NCBI GenBank assembly: GCA_964243345.1
Contig: CAXTER010000010.1
Location: forward strand, 12,441-76,440
DNA: 64,000 nt
Direction: 5' to 3'
DNA from: an uncultured Armatimonadales bacterium
GTDB taxonomy: Bacteria; Armatimonadota; Armatimonadia; Armatimonadales; Capsulimonadaceae
Shown here piece by piece: positions 9,466-18,274 of the stretch (the first letter of the stretch is position 1; each line of letters starts with the position of its first letter). Below the pieces are notes generated by a model that was not told the origin of the DNA, ran no database searches, and saw only the letters and a program-made list of their open reading frames with translations. The translations under genes were made by a program, and so were the position numbers.

Positions 9466-11022
9466 GTGTACCGGGGGTGGGACCGGGTTCACCACTGCCA
9501 GGTGGTTGTCAAAGTGCAGCGAGCGACGGACGATCCAGTCGCTGTCAGCCGGTTCGGACGCGAAGCGGCGGTCATGCTGCGTCTGCGCCACCCCAGCGTT
9601 GTCGCGCTGTACGCCTACCATCCCGGTGACCCGCAGAAGAGCGATCCGGCGGCGCTGGTTATGGAGTATGTTCCAGGCCAAACCTTAGCCGCGCTGGTTG
9701 CCGCCGATGGGCGGCTGCCTGTGGCCCGCGCTGTCCAGATTGTGGAAGACATCGCCGCCGCCCTGGACTCCATCCATGCACTCGGCATTGTCCACCGAGA
9801 TGTCAAGCCGGCCAATATCCTGCTGCCTAAGTCCGGCCCCGCCCGGCTGACTGATTTTGGGGTGGCCCGCATTGACGACGACCTGCCGCTGACAGTCATG
9901 GGCGACATTCTTGGCACCATTGAGTACGCAAGCCCGGAACAGGTGCATGGCAATGGGGCGGTGGATACGCGCAGCGATGTGTATTCTTTGGCCGCCGTGT
10001 CCTACTTTGCCCTCACCGGGACGCCGCCGTTTCGCGCCGCCGACAGCAGCACGCAGGCCCAGCTTTCGGTGATGCACCGCCAGGTCTTTTCCAATCCGCC
10101 GCCGCTGCGTTTCCATCGTGATGAGCTTGCTCCGGTCCTGGACGAAGCCGTTCTGCGCGGCCTGGCAAAAGAGCCGGACGCGCGGTATGCGTCGGCAGGC
10201 CAGTTTGCCGCTGCCCTCCGCGCCGCCGTCGCCGCGTCCGCCGGCGAGCCGCAGCAAAAGGCCGCCAGTGCGTCCGCCCGCCATGCCGGTGCGTTTGCCG
10301 GTGCGTTTGCCGCCGCCGCGCTGCTGGCCGGCGGGTTCTGGATTTTGGCAACCCGTCCCAAAGCTGCCTCTAAGCCGCCTGAAACAACGGCCTCTGCGTG
10401 GGCTGCCTCGCCGAAGGCATCCGCTAAACTTCCCCTTGTCGCCGTCAAATCTGCGCCTGCGAAATCTGCCGCCAAGCCTGCGCCTGTCAAGCCTGCTTTT
10501 GTGCTTGCGCCCGCCGCTCAGGCCGCTGTTTCCCTGCCAATTGCGGCGTCTTCGGCCCTGCCGGCCCCTGAAGATGCTCATGCCGCTGCTTCTCAACTGC
10601 ATCCCCCGCTTCTTGCACCCGTCAATTCGCCTGCCCGCAAGCCTCTGCGTACTGCCTCGGCAGCGCTTGTGCATCGCTTCGCGCAGGCAAGCCAGCCGGC
10701 CATAAAATCAAAAAACGGATGGTACGCCGTTTCCGGCTGGATTGCGATGGCTGAACAGTCATCCGCCCAAAATCCGGCGCTTGTTCGGACTAACCCGCTG
10801 TGGATCAAAGTGGACGGCCATCCGGTTTCAAGGCTTGCGTCGGGGCAGTGGGCGGCGCTGCCTGCCGGGACGCATCAAGTGACATTCCAGCCGCCCGCCG
10901 GTATGGGCGTCGGCCCCAAAACCTGGTCCATCAGCATCGCTCCGTCGGCCCATCTTCGCCAGCAAATCCCTCTGCCGCCTGCGCCCCTGCCCGACATTCC
11001 CACCCATCTGCGTAATCCATAA
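9466..11022 (+). CDS. Ser/Thr protein kinase with TM segment and C-terminal beta-rich (PEGA-like) domain; 5' end unresolved
   Basis: Motifs: VVVKV (Lys), HRDVKPANIL, DFGVA, YASPEQ. The first canonical start is GTG 9466, but homology to the paralog (29523..31742) continues upstream in frame to at least ~9400. Confidence 0.8.
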   Translation: MYRGWDRVHHCQVVVKVQRATDDPVAVSRFGREAAVMLRLRHPSVVALYAYHPGDPQKSDPAALVMEYVPGQTLAALVAADGRLPVARAVQIVEDIAAALDSIHALGIVHRDVKPANILLPKSGPARLTDFGVARIDDDLPLTVMGDILGTIEYASPEQVHGNGAVDTRSDVYSLAAVSYFALTGTPPFRAADSSTQAQLSVMHRQVFSNPPPLRFHRDELAPVLDEAVLRGLAKEPDARYASAGQFAAALRAAVAASAGEPQQKAASASARHAGAFAGAFAAAALLAGGFWILATRPKAASKPPETTASAWAASPKASAKLPLVAVKSAPAKSAAKPAPVKPAFVLAPAAQAAVSLPIAASSALPAPEDAHAAASQLHPPLLAPVNSPARKPLRTASAALVHRFAQASQPAIKSKNGWYAVSGWIAMAEQSSAQNPALVRTNPLWIKVDGHPVSRLASGQWAALPAGTHQVTFQPPAGMGVGPKTWSISIAPSAHLRQQIPLPPAPLPDIPTHLRNP

Positions 11023-11077
11023 CAAATATCGTTTATCACTCCAATATCGCGTATAATAACGGCAGGGAGAACTTGCC

Positions 11078-13039
11078 ATGTCCGTGACACTTTCTGGCGA
11101 AGCACTGCCGGGGCCAAACGCGATTTCCGCCGCACTGACACAGATCACAAGGCGGCTGCGGCTTGTCCGCTGGGTACGCCATGCGTCGCGGGGGGCATTA
11201 GCCGGAACGGGGCTGGGGCTGGTCGCCGTTCTGCTGGCCCACTGGGACCTGCTCCCGGACTGGCTGCCGCTGGAAGCGGCGATTCCTTTGCCTATTGCGC
11301 TGGGCGTTCTTGCCGGAACCGTCACCACCTACCTGCGCCCGATTTCGCAGATGGACGCCGCGCGTCTCGCCGAAGCCCGGCTTGGCCTGAAAGAGCGTCT
11401 TTCTTCGGCACTCGAATTCGAAAAGTCCCCCCAATCCGCTGACCCGGAAGCGGCAACTCTGCGCCGCCTTCAGCTTGCGGATGCCGCTGCCCACGCCCAA
11501 ATCCTTAAATCCACGGACGCCGTGCCGCTGCGCCTGCCCTGGGAGGCAAAAGCCTTCGCCGCCGGATTGGTGCTGATTGCGCTGGCGCTGATTGTCCCTA
11601 GCCTGCCGGTGTTCGTGCCGCCCGGAGTCAAGCTGGAGCGGCAGATTGTCCAAAAGACGGGCAGCAAGCTGGAGCAGAACGCGAAAATCATCCAAAAGCA
11701 GGCCGATCTGCAAACCCTCCCCGGCACGAAGCGCTACGCCGCGCTGATGCAGCGTCTTGGACAGCGCCTTGCGTCCGGGCATCTGGACAAAAAGCAGGCG
11801 ATGGTCCAGATGTCTAAACTGACACAGCAGATGCGCCAGGAGCTGCAAAAGACGGCGTCGGCCAATTCGGCGGCTGGCGCGGGCGGCAAAAGCATGGCGC
11901 AGGCCGGGCAGCAATTGGCGCAGGCGATGGCCGGGGGCCAAAATGCGTCGGGAAACAACGGCAAGCAGGCCGGGGCGGGCCAGAAGAACGGCGGCAGCGG
12001 GTCCAAAAACGGCCAGAAGTCTGGGCAAAACGGCGGCGCGGGCGGCAAAGCGGCTGCCGACAAGTTCAACGGCTTCAATGTCCCGACATCGAGCAAGTCC
12101 AAGTCAAGCCAGAGCAGCCAACCTTCTTCACAGCCGCACGCCACGCCGGAACTGCAAAAAGCCGCCCAGGCTATGCAGCAAAACGACAGCCAGGCATTAA
12201 GCCAGCAATTGCGCCAAATGGCCGACAAAATCCAGTCGGGTAAGATGTCGGCAAGCGAGCAGCAGCAGGCGGCGTCGGACACGCAAAAGCTCGCGGACGC
12301 CCTCAAAAACACGCCGATGACGGAGACCCAGCAGCATTCTCAGGCCGCCGCCGATGCCCTGAAGCGCGGCGACAAACAAACCGCCGCCTCAGAGATGCGG
12401 AAAGCCGCCGCGTCCGCCGAGCGCGAATCCCAGGAGCAGGCCGACCAGCAGGGCCAGCAGGACGCCGCGCAGGGCATGGAAGACGCAGAAAGCCAGATGG
12501 CGGGGGCCAATAGCCCCGGCGACGTGTCCGACGACAACGGCCAGCCCGGCCAGGGACAGGGCAAAGGTCAGGGAAAAGGGCAGGGAAGCGGCGATGGGTC
12601 AGGTGATAGTGGTGACGGCTTCGGCAACGGCCAGGGCCTTGCGAGTGGTCAGGGCCAGCACGGCCACGGCAAAGGAAACGGCGGATCGGGCGGCGGCGGC
12701 ATGTCCGGCGGCAAGCCAAGCGATACCGGCGAAGGCAGCAGCCCGGTCAAGCATCTGGGCAAAGCCGGCCCTGCCTTGAACCCCAAAGGCGTCAAGCTTT
12801 ATTTCGGCAAGCCCTTGAACGCCGGCCCGTCCAAGACCGGCCCGACCCGCAAAGTCGGCGCGAACCCAAACGCCGCCCCCGGTGCCACAGCCAGCCAGGT
12901 CCCGTACTACAACTACGTCGCCCCCGCCCAAAAGAGCGCGGAGTCTGCGATGGACAAAGAAGACATCCCGCCCGCCTACCGCAGCGATGTCCGCAAATAC
13001 TTCAACTCGCTCAACCCGGCGGGGACATCAGGACGCTGA
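11078..13039 (+). CDS. Membrane-anchored protein with long Q/G/S/K-rich low-complexity region (DUF4175-like, tentative)
   Basis: 653 aa. Two to three N-terminal TM helices, a central Q/A-rich then G/S/Q/D-rich region, and a conserved-looking tail IPPAYRSDVRKYFNSL. TATAAT and GGGAGA lie upstream. Confidence 0.6.
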   Translation: MSVTLSGEALPGPNAISAALTQITRRLRLVRWVRHASRGALAGTGLGLVAVLLAHWDLLPDWLPLEAAIPLPIALGVLAGTVTTYLRPISQMDAARLAEARLGLKERLSSALEFEKSPQSADPEAATLRRLQLADAAAHAQILKSTDAVPLRLPWEAKAFAAGLVLIALALIVPSLPVFVPPGVKLERQIVQKTGSKLEQNAKIIQKQADLQTLPGTKRYAALMQRLGQRLASGHLDKKQAMVQMSKLTQQMRQELQKTASANSAAGAGGKSMAQAGQQLAQAMAGGQNASGNNGKQAGAGQKNGGSGSKNGQKSGQNGGAGGKAAADKFNGFNVPTSSKSKSSQSSQPSSQPHATPELQKAAQAMQQNDSQALSQQLRQMADKIQSGKMSASEQQQAASDTQKLADALKNTPMTETQQHSQAAADALKRGDKQTAASEMRKAAASAERESQEQADQQGQQDAAQGMEDAESQMAGANSPGDVSDDNGQPGQGQGKGQGKGQGSGDGSGDSGDGFGNGQGLASGQGQHGHGKGNGGSGGGGMSGGKPSDTGEGSSPVKHLGKAGPALNPKGVKLYFGKPLNAGPSKTGPTRKVGANPNAAPGATASQVPYYNYVAPAQKSAESAMDKEDIPPAYRSDVRKYFNSLNPAGTSGR

Positions 13040-13383
13040 TGTCCCAGAAGCATGACTTCACAACGGTTTTACAAAGGCTCAGTCTTTGGCGGGATGAGGT
13101 TCTCGTTCAGCTTCGCGCCCCATTGGGTGACACCGAAGCCCTGACACTCAAACTTGATCTGGATGCTGCGATTGCTGCTCTTAAGTTTTGCGAGCGTTAT
13201 CAAATCAGGCCGGAAGCGCCTGTGACTGTATTGCCGGAATTGAAGACTAGATCGCCTTCCAGTGCTTTTCGTGTTGCAGAAGACCACGAGTCAGATAATC
13301 AGGCAAATTGGGTGGAGCTTGAGATTAACGAATGGCATCTTGAACTCTATCCAGGCGACATTATAATTGAGCAAAGTGGGTGA
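13039..13383 (+). CDS. Hypothetical protein (low-GC islet 1, gene A)
   Basis: 114-aa ORF. Its ATG overlaps the upstream stop (TGATG). The sample 13041-13100 has 30/60 G+C. Confidence 0.5.
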   Translation: MSQKHDFTTVLQRLSLWRDEVLVQLRAPLGDTEALTLKLDLDAAIAALKFCERYQIRPEAPVTVLPELKTRSPSSAFRVAEDHESDNQANWVELEINEWHLELYPGDIIIEQSG

Positions 13384-13387
13384 AGTT

Positions 13388-13639
13388 ATGGCGCAAGGAA
13401 AGGAAAACTGCGGGGGAGATTGCGAGGCAGTCGCGAAGATAGTGTTGAGCGCACGCGCGTTACCGGACGTTCTCAAAGCCCAGCAAGTGCTTCGCACTTG
13501 GATTAAAGAACACCCGAAAGACGAAGGGATGCGTGACGGCTTCGAACAGCTTTCCTTGATGCAGGACATCGCAGAAGAAGAACTAACCAAACCCACCGTC
13601 ACACGCGAACTGGCAGGCTCAGGCAAAAGCGGACACTAG
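13388..13639 (+). CDS. Small hypothetical helical protein (islet 1, gene B); paralog of 27065..27298
   Basis: ATG at 13388, just after the gene A stop. It shares the pattern LSA..A.Q.L..W....P.D.G..D.FE.LS..QD.AEE with the 77-aa protein in islet 2. Confidence 0.5.
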   Translation: MAQGKENCGGDCEAVAKIVLSARALPDVLKAQQVLRTWIKEHPKDEGMRDGFEQLSLMQDIAEEELTKPTVTRELAGSGKSGH

Positions 13640-13642
13640 ACG

Positions 13643-14128
13643 ATGTTCACACTGTTTGATCTATTTTCTCTCACAGGTTTGTTTTGCGGCCTGATGTATG
13701 GCTTCCATCTCGGGCATCATTATGGGCTTGTTGGCAGTCTGGCTGGCGCATTAATTGATGGGTTTCTTGGCTTTGTAATTGGGAAGATACCCTGGTGGTT
13801 ATCAATCTGGCTTATCTTCTGCCAGTTGAGAAAGAAAAGCACTGCTGAGTTGTGGAGTGGTTTGCAAGATGACGCCAATTTTATGCCTAACATGGTACTA
13901 CGGGAGCTAAAGCGGCGTGGTGAGCCGATGCCAAAAGGGCTGGATTTAGTTTTAGCAATGCTGGAATCAGAAGCTCGTCCACAGCGTTTAATAGGCTTCG
14001 CGGCGTTCCTCTCGAATTTTCCTGAGCTATCGGAAAAGATGCCTAGCTACAGACCGGATTTAGCAGATGCAGAACGGCGCGAGGCGTTAGGCGGACTGCG
14101 TTCGTTTCTTGGAAGTGCTGATCGCTAA
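13643..14128 (+). CDS. Hypothetical membrane protein (islet 1, gene C)
   Basis: 161 aa. Three predicted N-terminal TM helices (LFSLTGLFCGLMYGF, LVGSLAGALIDGFLGFVIG, WWLSIWLIFCQL) plus a soluble tail. Its stop is 2 nt from the convergent HEAT gene stop. Confidence 0.55.
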   Translation: MFTLFDLFSLTGLFCGLMYGFHLGHHYGLVGSLAGALIDGFLGFVIGKIPWWLSIWLIFCQLRKKSTAELWSGLQDDANFMPNMVLRELKRRGEPMPKGLDLVLAMLESEARPQRLIGFAAFLSNFPELSEKMPSYRPDLADAERREALGGLRSFLGSADR

Positions 14129-14130
14129 TT

Positions 14131-15165
14131 TTAATCCAGGGCAAGCGCGAGTTTGGCGGCGGCTTTGACTTTGGGGGACGGGTCGCGGGCGGCGAGCTTT
14201 TTGAGGAGGGCTTGGGAGGCGGCGTCGGGGGGCAGGGCGTCGATGACGGCGAGGCGGACGGCGTCGCGGTCGGAGCTTGCGAGGGTGTGCAGGGCGTCGT
14301 AGGCTTCGGGCGCTCGCACGGTGGCGAGGGCGAGGACGACGGCTTTTAAGGTGTCGCCGGAGAAGCTGGGGATGGCTTCGGCAAGGAGCGCAGACGCGCC
14401 GGGCGACTGGGTGCGGGCGATCATTAACGCGCTGTAAGCGGCGAGGCGTCGGTCGGAGTGTTTGAGGTAGGGTTCCAGGACTTCGAGGGCGTAGGGGTCT
14501 TCCAGATCGACAAGCGCGGTCATGCACTCCGACAGGACTTCAGGCTCCTCGTTTTCGGGATGCACGAGCTTGAGCGTCAAGGGCAGGCGGGCTTCCAGCC
14601 TGCCGGAGAGGGACAGGGCGCGGGCGGCGGCTTTGCGCGGCTCCATCTTGACGGTCGGGTCAATCGGAGCGCGGTTAAACGCAAAGCCGCTGCGGTCAAA
14701 CAGCAAGAGGGCGATGTCGCGGACGCAGTCGGGGTCGCCGATTTGGGCTAAAGCCAACGCGCAGTTTGCCCGCAGGTGGGCGGCGGTGTCAAAGGGAACG
14801 CCGCCGACGGCTTCCACCTGTACGCTCTTGATGCCGAGGCGGAGCATCTCCGATGCCGGGCGGTATTCTAGGCGGCCTAGCGCAAACGCAAGATTGGCCC
14901 GGACATGGCAGCCGGGATCGAGTTTAAGGCCGTCTTCGCACAGCGTCCCAAACTTCTCGGTCATCGCGAGTGCTGCGCTGTCATCGGCTTCGTCTCCAAG
15001 CGCTTCGGCGGCAAGCGCGGCGACGTAAGGAGATTTATCGGCAAGCGCTTCTAAGAGAAGCGCCTGCCGTTCTTTTGGGTCAAGCCGGGCGATCTGTGCG
15101 ACGGCGCTGATGCGTTCTTGCGTTTGGCGCGAACGCAGCTTGGTTCGGATTTGGTCGGCGTCCAT
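14131..15165 (-). CDS. HEAT-repeat protein
   Basis: Repeated A..ALG....A...L motifs (ALLLEALADKSPYVAALAAEALGDEA etc.). The start is placed at the ATG (15165, MDADQIRTKL) because the longer ORF would read into palindromic element E9. Confidence 0.75.
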   Translation of the reverse strand: MDADQIRTKLRSRQTQERISAVAQIARLDPKERQALLLEALADKSPYVAALAAEALGDEADDSAALAMTEKFGTLCEDGLKLDPGCHVRANLAFALGRLEYRPASEMLRLGIKSVQVEAVGGVPFDTAAHLRANCALALAQIGDPDCVRDIALLLFDRSGFAFNRAPIDPTVKMEPRKAAARALSLSGRLEARLPLTLKLVHPENEEPEVLSECMTALVDLEDPYALEVLEPYLKHSDRRLAAYSALMIARTQSPGASALLAEAIPSFSGDTLKAVVLALATVRAPEAYDALHTLASSDRDAVRLAVIDALPPDAASQALLKKLAARDPSPKVKAAAKLALALD

Positions 15166-15186
15166 AGGTATTGTCAAAGAGGGCAG

Positions 15187-15283
15187 AAACTCCCCCCAGC
15201 CCCCAATAATGGGGGAGCCAGAAAAGAAGTTGGTTCCTGCTCCTAAATCACGCTCCCCCATTATTGGGGGCTGGGGGGAGTTT
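15187..15283. repeat. Palindromic element E9 (CCCCCAATAATGGGGG family)
   Basis: 32-nt arms AAACTCCCCCCAGCCCCCAATAATGGGGGAGC (15187-15218) and GCTCCCCCATTATTGGGGGCTGGGGGGAGTTT (15252-15283) are exact reverse complements. A second copy is at 56160-56240. Confidence 0.9.
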
Positions 15284-15300
15284 TTCTACAGTTTTTTAGG

Positions 15301-16302
15301 CTACTGCTTCGGCAGCGCGGCGGTTTGAGACTGCCAGGCGGCGATGAGGCGGTCTTCGTAGTCGTCGGTGTCGCTGTCTTTGAGCTTGCCGTTTTCTTCC
15401 AGCCACTTCAAAGTGCGGCGTGTGCCTTCGCGGAAGGGGATGGTCTGGCCGGTATAATCCGTGTCGCGCTTGAGCTTGGAGTTGTCAAAGATAGACGGCC
15501 ACTCGAAGATTTCGTAGGTGCCGCCGGACAGGCCGGGCGCGGCTTCACGCAGGGTCTCGGTGGGGATGTGGATTGGGGTAAACGTGCCGCCGGCGACTTC
15601 GGCGACCTGTTCATGGTAGGTGTTCCAGGTGAACCACTCGTCGCCGGTGATGTTGTACGCCTCGCCGAGACAGCGCGTGCTGCCCATTGTTCCAATAAAG
15701 CCCCGCGCGACATCGTCCACATGACAGGCAGCCCAAAGCGAGTTGCCGTCGCCCTGCACAATCACCGGCTTAGACTTGCGGAGGCGGTCTACAAACGTGT
15801 CGCCGGGACCGACCGAGCGGATAATGCCGCCGCCTTCGCCGTAGGAGTGCGACGGGCGCATGATAGTCGCCGGAAACGCTTTCTCTTCATACGCCTGCAA
15901 AAGCAGCATCTCACAGATGGCTTTATCTTTGCCGTAATTGCCGAGGCTGTGGTACGGCTCGGTCTCGGTGGTCGGAAGCTGAGACACCGGGCCGGAATAA
16001 ACGCAGACCGTGGAGCAGTGGATGAACTGGCCGCAGCGGCCTTCAAACGCCCGTATGGCTGAGGCTGAATCGTCGGGCGCGAATGCTACCATGTCCACGA
16101 CAACGTCATAAGTCTTGTCTGAGAACGTCTGCTCAAACGCGGCATAGTCTTTGCGGTCGCCATGAATGACATTTGCGCCTTCGGGCAGGCGGCTTTCCGA
16201 TTTGCCCCGGTTAAACAGCGTCACTTCGTGGCCTGTTTCCAATAGCTGCCGGGCAATGGAAGTGGAAATCAGCCCAGTTCCACCGATAAACAAAACGTGC
16301 AT
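15301..16302 (-). CDS. NAD-dependent epimerase/dehydratase (extended SDR)
   Basis: ATG at 16302 gives MHVLFIGGTGLISTSIARQLL (Rossmann GxxGxxG). The upstream extension of the tracked ORF is not protein-like. Confidence 0.85.
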   Translation of the reverse strand: MHVLFIGGTGLISTSIARQLLETGHEVTLFNRGKSESRLPEGANVIHGDRKDYAAFEQTFSDKTYDVVVDMVAFAPDDSASAIRAFEGRCGQFIHCSTVCVYSGPVSQLPTTETEPYHSLGNYGKDKAICEMLLLQAYEEKAFPATIMRPSHSYGEGGGIIRSVGPGDTFVDRLRKSKPVIVQGDGNSLWAACHVDDVARGFIGTMGSTRCLGEAYNITGDEWFTWNTYHEQVAEVAGGTFTPIHIPTETLREAAPGLSGGTYEIFEWPSIFDNSKLKRDTDYTGQTIPFREGTRRTLKWLEENGKLKDSDTDDYEDRLIAAWQSQTAALPKQ

Positions 16303-16366
16303 GAGTACATCCTCCGTTGACGCTGTTGTACCCGATTTTCGCCTTAGTTCATCTAGTACAAGTCCG

Positions 16367-17284
16367 TTAGTATGGGTTGCCGATTTGCCGCGCTTCCCGC
16401 AGGCGGCGCTGCCAGGCGGCGGCCCGCTGAAGACCGGCTTCCAGGCGCAGCAGGGCGGCACGGCGGCGCGTCCACAAAAACCAAAGCAGCAGCAGGCTGA
16501 TTAGAAGACCCGGCAGCCAAAGCGGAAGAAAGACCACCAGGTACGCCCCGGCGGTCGCACCGCGCCCCAGCAGATGCTCCCACTGAGCGCGGGCCAGACT
16601 GAGGGCATTGTTAAATCCGCCGGTGAGGGTCGCCTGCGGCGCGGCGGCGGCGGGCAGGGAACCTGGCTCGAACAGCTCTACCCGGACCGTATTGACCTGC
16701 GTGTCCCGCTCGATGTCCGCGCGGCGCTGCGCCAGCAGGCTTTCGTCCACGCTTGCCCGGAACAAGCGCTCCTGCACATACAGCAGGTCGCCGCCGCGCA
16801 GGCGATGTCCGCTTTGCAGGATGCCGCTTAACCGAACTTCATGCTGCTGCAAGCGCACGATCCGCCGGGCCAATTCTTCATATTCCGAGGCATGATCAGT
16901 AGTCGTAATGCTTTCGCCGAAGAGCCGCCCTTCATTTTGTGCCGACCCCAAAAGCGCCGGCAGGCGGCTGGCCGGGAGCCGAAACTCCAGCCAGCCATGC
17001 TTACGGCCTTTGCCGTCAACCAATGTCCGCGCCGCCAGCAGCTCCGCGCCCTGGCCTGCCGCCGCCGCCAGCACCTGCTGCCGAGCGGCATCAAACGCCG
17101 CCACTTTGACCACAATGCCGCCGCCGCGCACCGGCATTTCCTGACCTGGGCTTTGCTGGCTTTGCGAAATCGAACTTTGTTGATCCGCTGGAGCTTGCCC
17201 CCAAACGGGCTGTGTTCCGGTCAAGAGAGCCGTCAGCAGGGCAAAAGCCCCCAAAGAAACAAAAGCCTTTTGCGAATAGTTCAT
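16367..17284 (-). CDS. DUF4349-like secreted/membrane-anchored protein
   Basis: Signal peptide, a central coiled region and a C-terminal TM helix (YLVVFLPLWLPGLLISLLLLWFLW). The layout is recalled from the DUF4349 family. Confidence 0.55.
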   Translation of the reverse strand: MNYSQKAFVSLGAFALLTALLTGTQPVWGQAPADQQSSISQSQQSPGQEMPVRGGGIVVKVAAFDAARQQVLAAAAGQGAELLAARTLVDGKGRKHGWLEFRLPASRLPALLGSAQNEGRLFGESITTTDHASEYEELARRIVRLQQHEVRLSGILQSGHRLRGGDLLYVQERLFRASVDESLLAQRRADIERDTQVNTVRVELFEPGSLPAAAAPQATLTGGFNNALSLARAQWEHLLGRGATAGAYLVVFLPLWLPGLLISLLLLWFLWTRRRAALLRLEAGLQRAAAWQRRLREARQIGNPY

Positions 17285-17437
17285 CGTATGCCTCCATTTG
17301 ACTACTTGTGTAATCTCATTGTAGCAGAGACTACTCCATTAGTCAATAGGCAGCGAAAAAATAATCTGGGCCTATTTCAGCCGTTTATCATTCGCATATG
17401 GCGCTCTTCCGTCCCCTCGTCCGCCGGGAACACGCAC

Positions 17438-18274
17438 TCAATCCGCAGAACCAAAATCCGCGCTGTACGCAATGTCTTTTTGGGCTTCCAGCGCGGCTAA
17501 ACGACCCGTCAGGGCCTGATGGACCCGCTCGTAAGCATCGCTGCCGGTCAGCAGGCGACGGGGTGCGGGCGTCATGTCCACGGAACCGATCATCGCCTGC
17601 ACGACTTTTACAGCGTCGCCGTTGATGGGAAACGCTCCCGAAGCAATGGTGCGGCGCACTTCGCCCGACGGCGTGTTTTCATAAACGGCCATCGGCGGCG
17701 GGCTAATCAGCCCTGCGCCAAAGTTTGTGCGGGTCGGGCCGGGCTCTACAATTGTAAACTCAATCCCAAATGGCGCGACTTCTTGAGACACGGCTTCGAC
17801 AAACCCTTCAATGCCCCATTTAGTCGCGTGGTACAGGCTGAAGTTCGGGTAGGCAATCTGGCCGCCTTCCGACGACACCTGCAAGATGCGCCCGCCACCC
17901 TGCGCCCGCAGATGCGGCAGCGCAGCCCGAATGACCTGAATGGAGCCGATCAGATTGGTGTTGATCTGCTGGACAATCTGTGCGTCTGTGACTTCCTCGC
18001 CGGCCCCAAAGAGCGCGTAGCCGGCATTGCTGACTACGACGTCAATGCGGCCCATCGCCGCAAACGCTTCGCCTATGATCTGCCTTACTGCTTCTGTGTC
18101 GGAAACATCAAGCGAGACGGCCCAAAATTGATCGCCGTACTGCGCTTTCAAGTCGCCCAGTGCCTCTGTCTTGCGGGCGGTTCCGGCGACGCGGTCGCCG
18201 CGCTCCAAAAGCTGCTCCGCCATAATGTGTCCCAGCCCGCTGCTGACGCCGGTAATAAACCATGTTCTTTCCAT
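17438..18274 (-). CDS. Short-chain dehydrogenase/reductase (classical SDR)
   Basis: TGVSSGLG cofactor motif, NAG, and YHATK (YxxxK) catalytic motif. Confidence 0.85.
   Translation of the reverse strand: MERTWFITGVSSGLGHIMAEQLLERGDRVAGTARKTEALGDLKAQYGDQFWAVSLDVSDTEAVRQIIGEAFAAMGRIDVVVSNAGYALFGAGEEVTDAQIVQQINTNLIGSIQVIRAALPHLRAQGGGRILQVSSEGGQIAYPNFSLYHATKWGIEGFVEAVSQEVAPFGIEFTIVEPGPTRTNFGAGLISPPPMAVYENTPSGEVRRTIASGAFPINGDAVKVVQAMIGSVDMTPAPRRLLTGSDAYERVHQALTGRLAALEAQKDIAYSADFGSAD

Noticed and set aside
9685-10674. Long antisense or out-of-frame ORFs overlapping clear genes. Examples: 9685..10674(-), 11198..12028(-), 6629..7501(-), 36985..38028(-), 37587..38594(-), 52010..52840(+).
   Set aside because: These are typical shadow ORFs of high-GC DNA. 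They have Arg/Pro/Gly/Ala-rich, motif-free translations and overlap genes with strong family signatures.
12480-12720. Possible DNA-level VNTR in the G/Q/S-rich coding region.
   Set aside because: Only short, imperfect codon-level reiterations are present (GGC/CAG/GGA mixes). No clean nucleotide repeat unit could be defined by eye.
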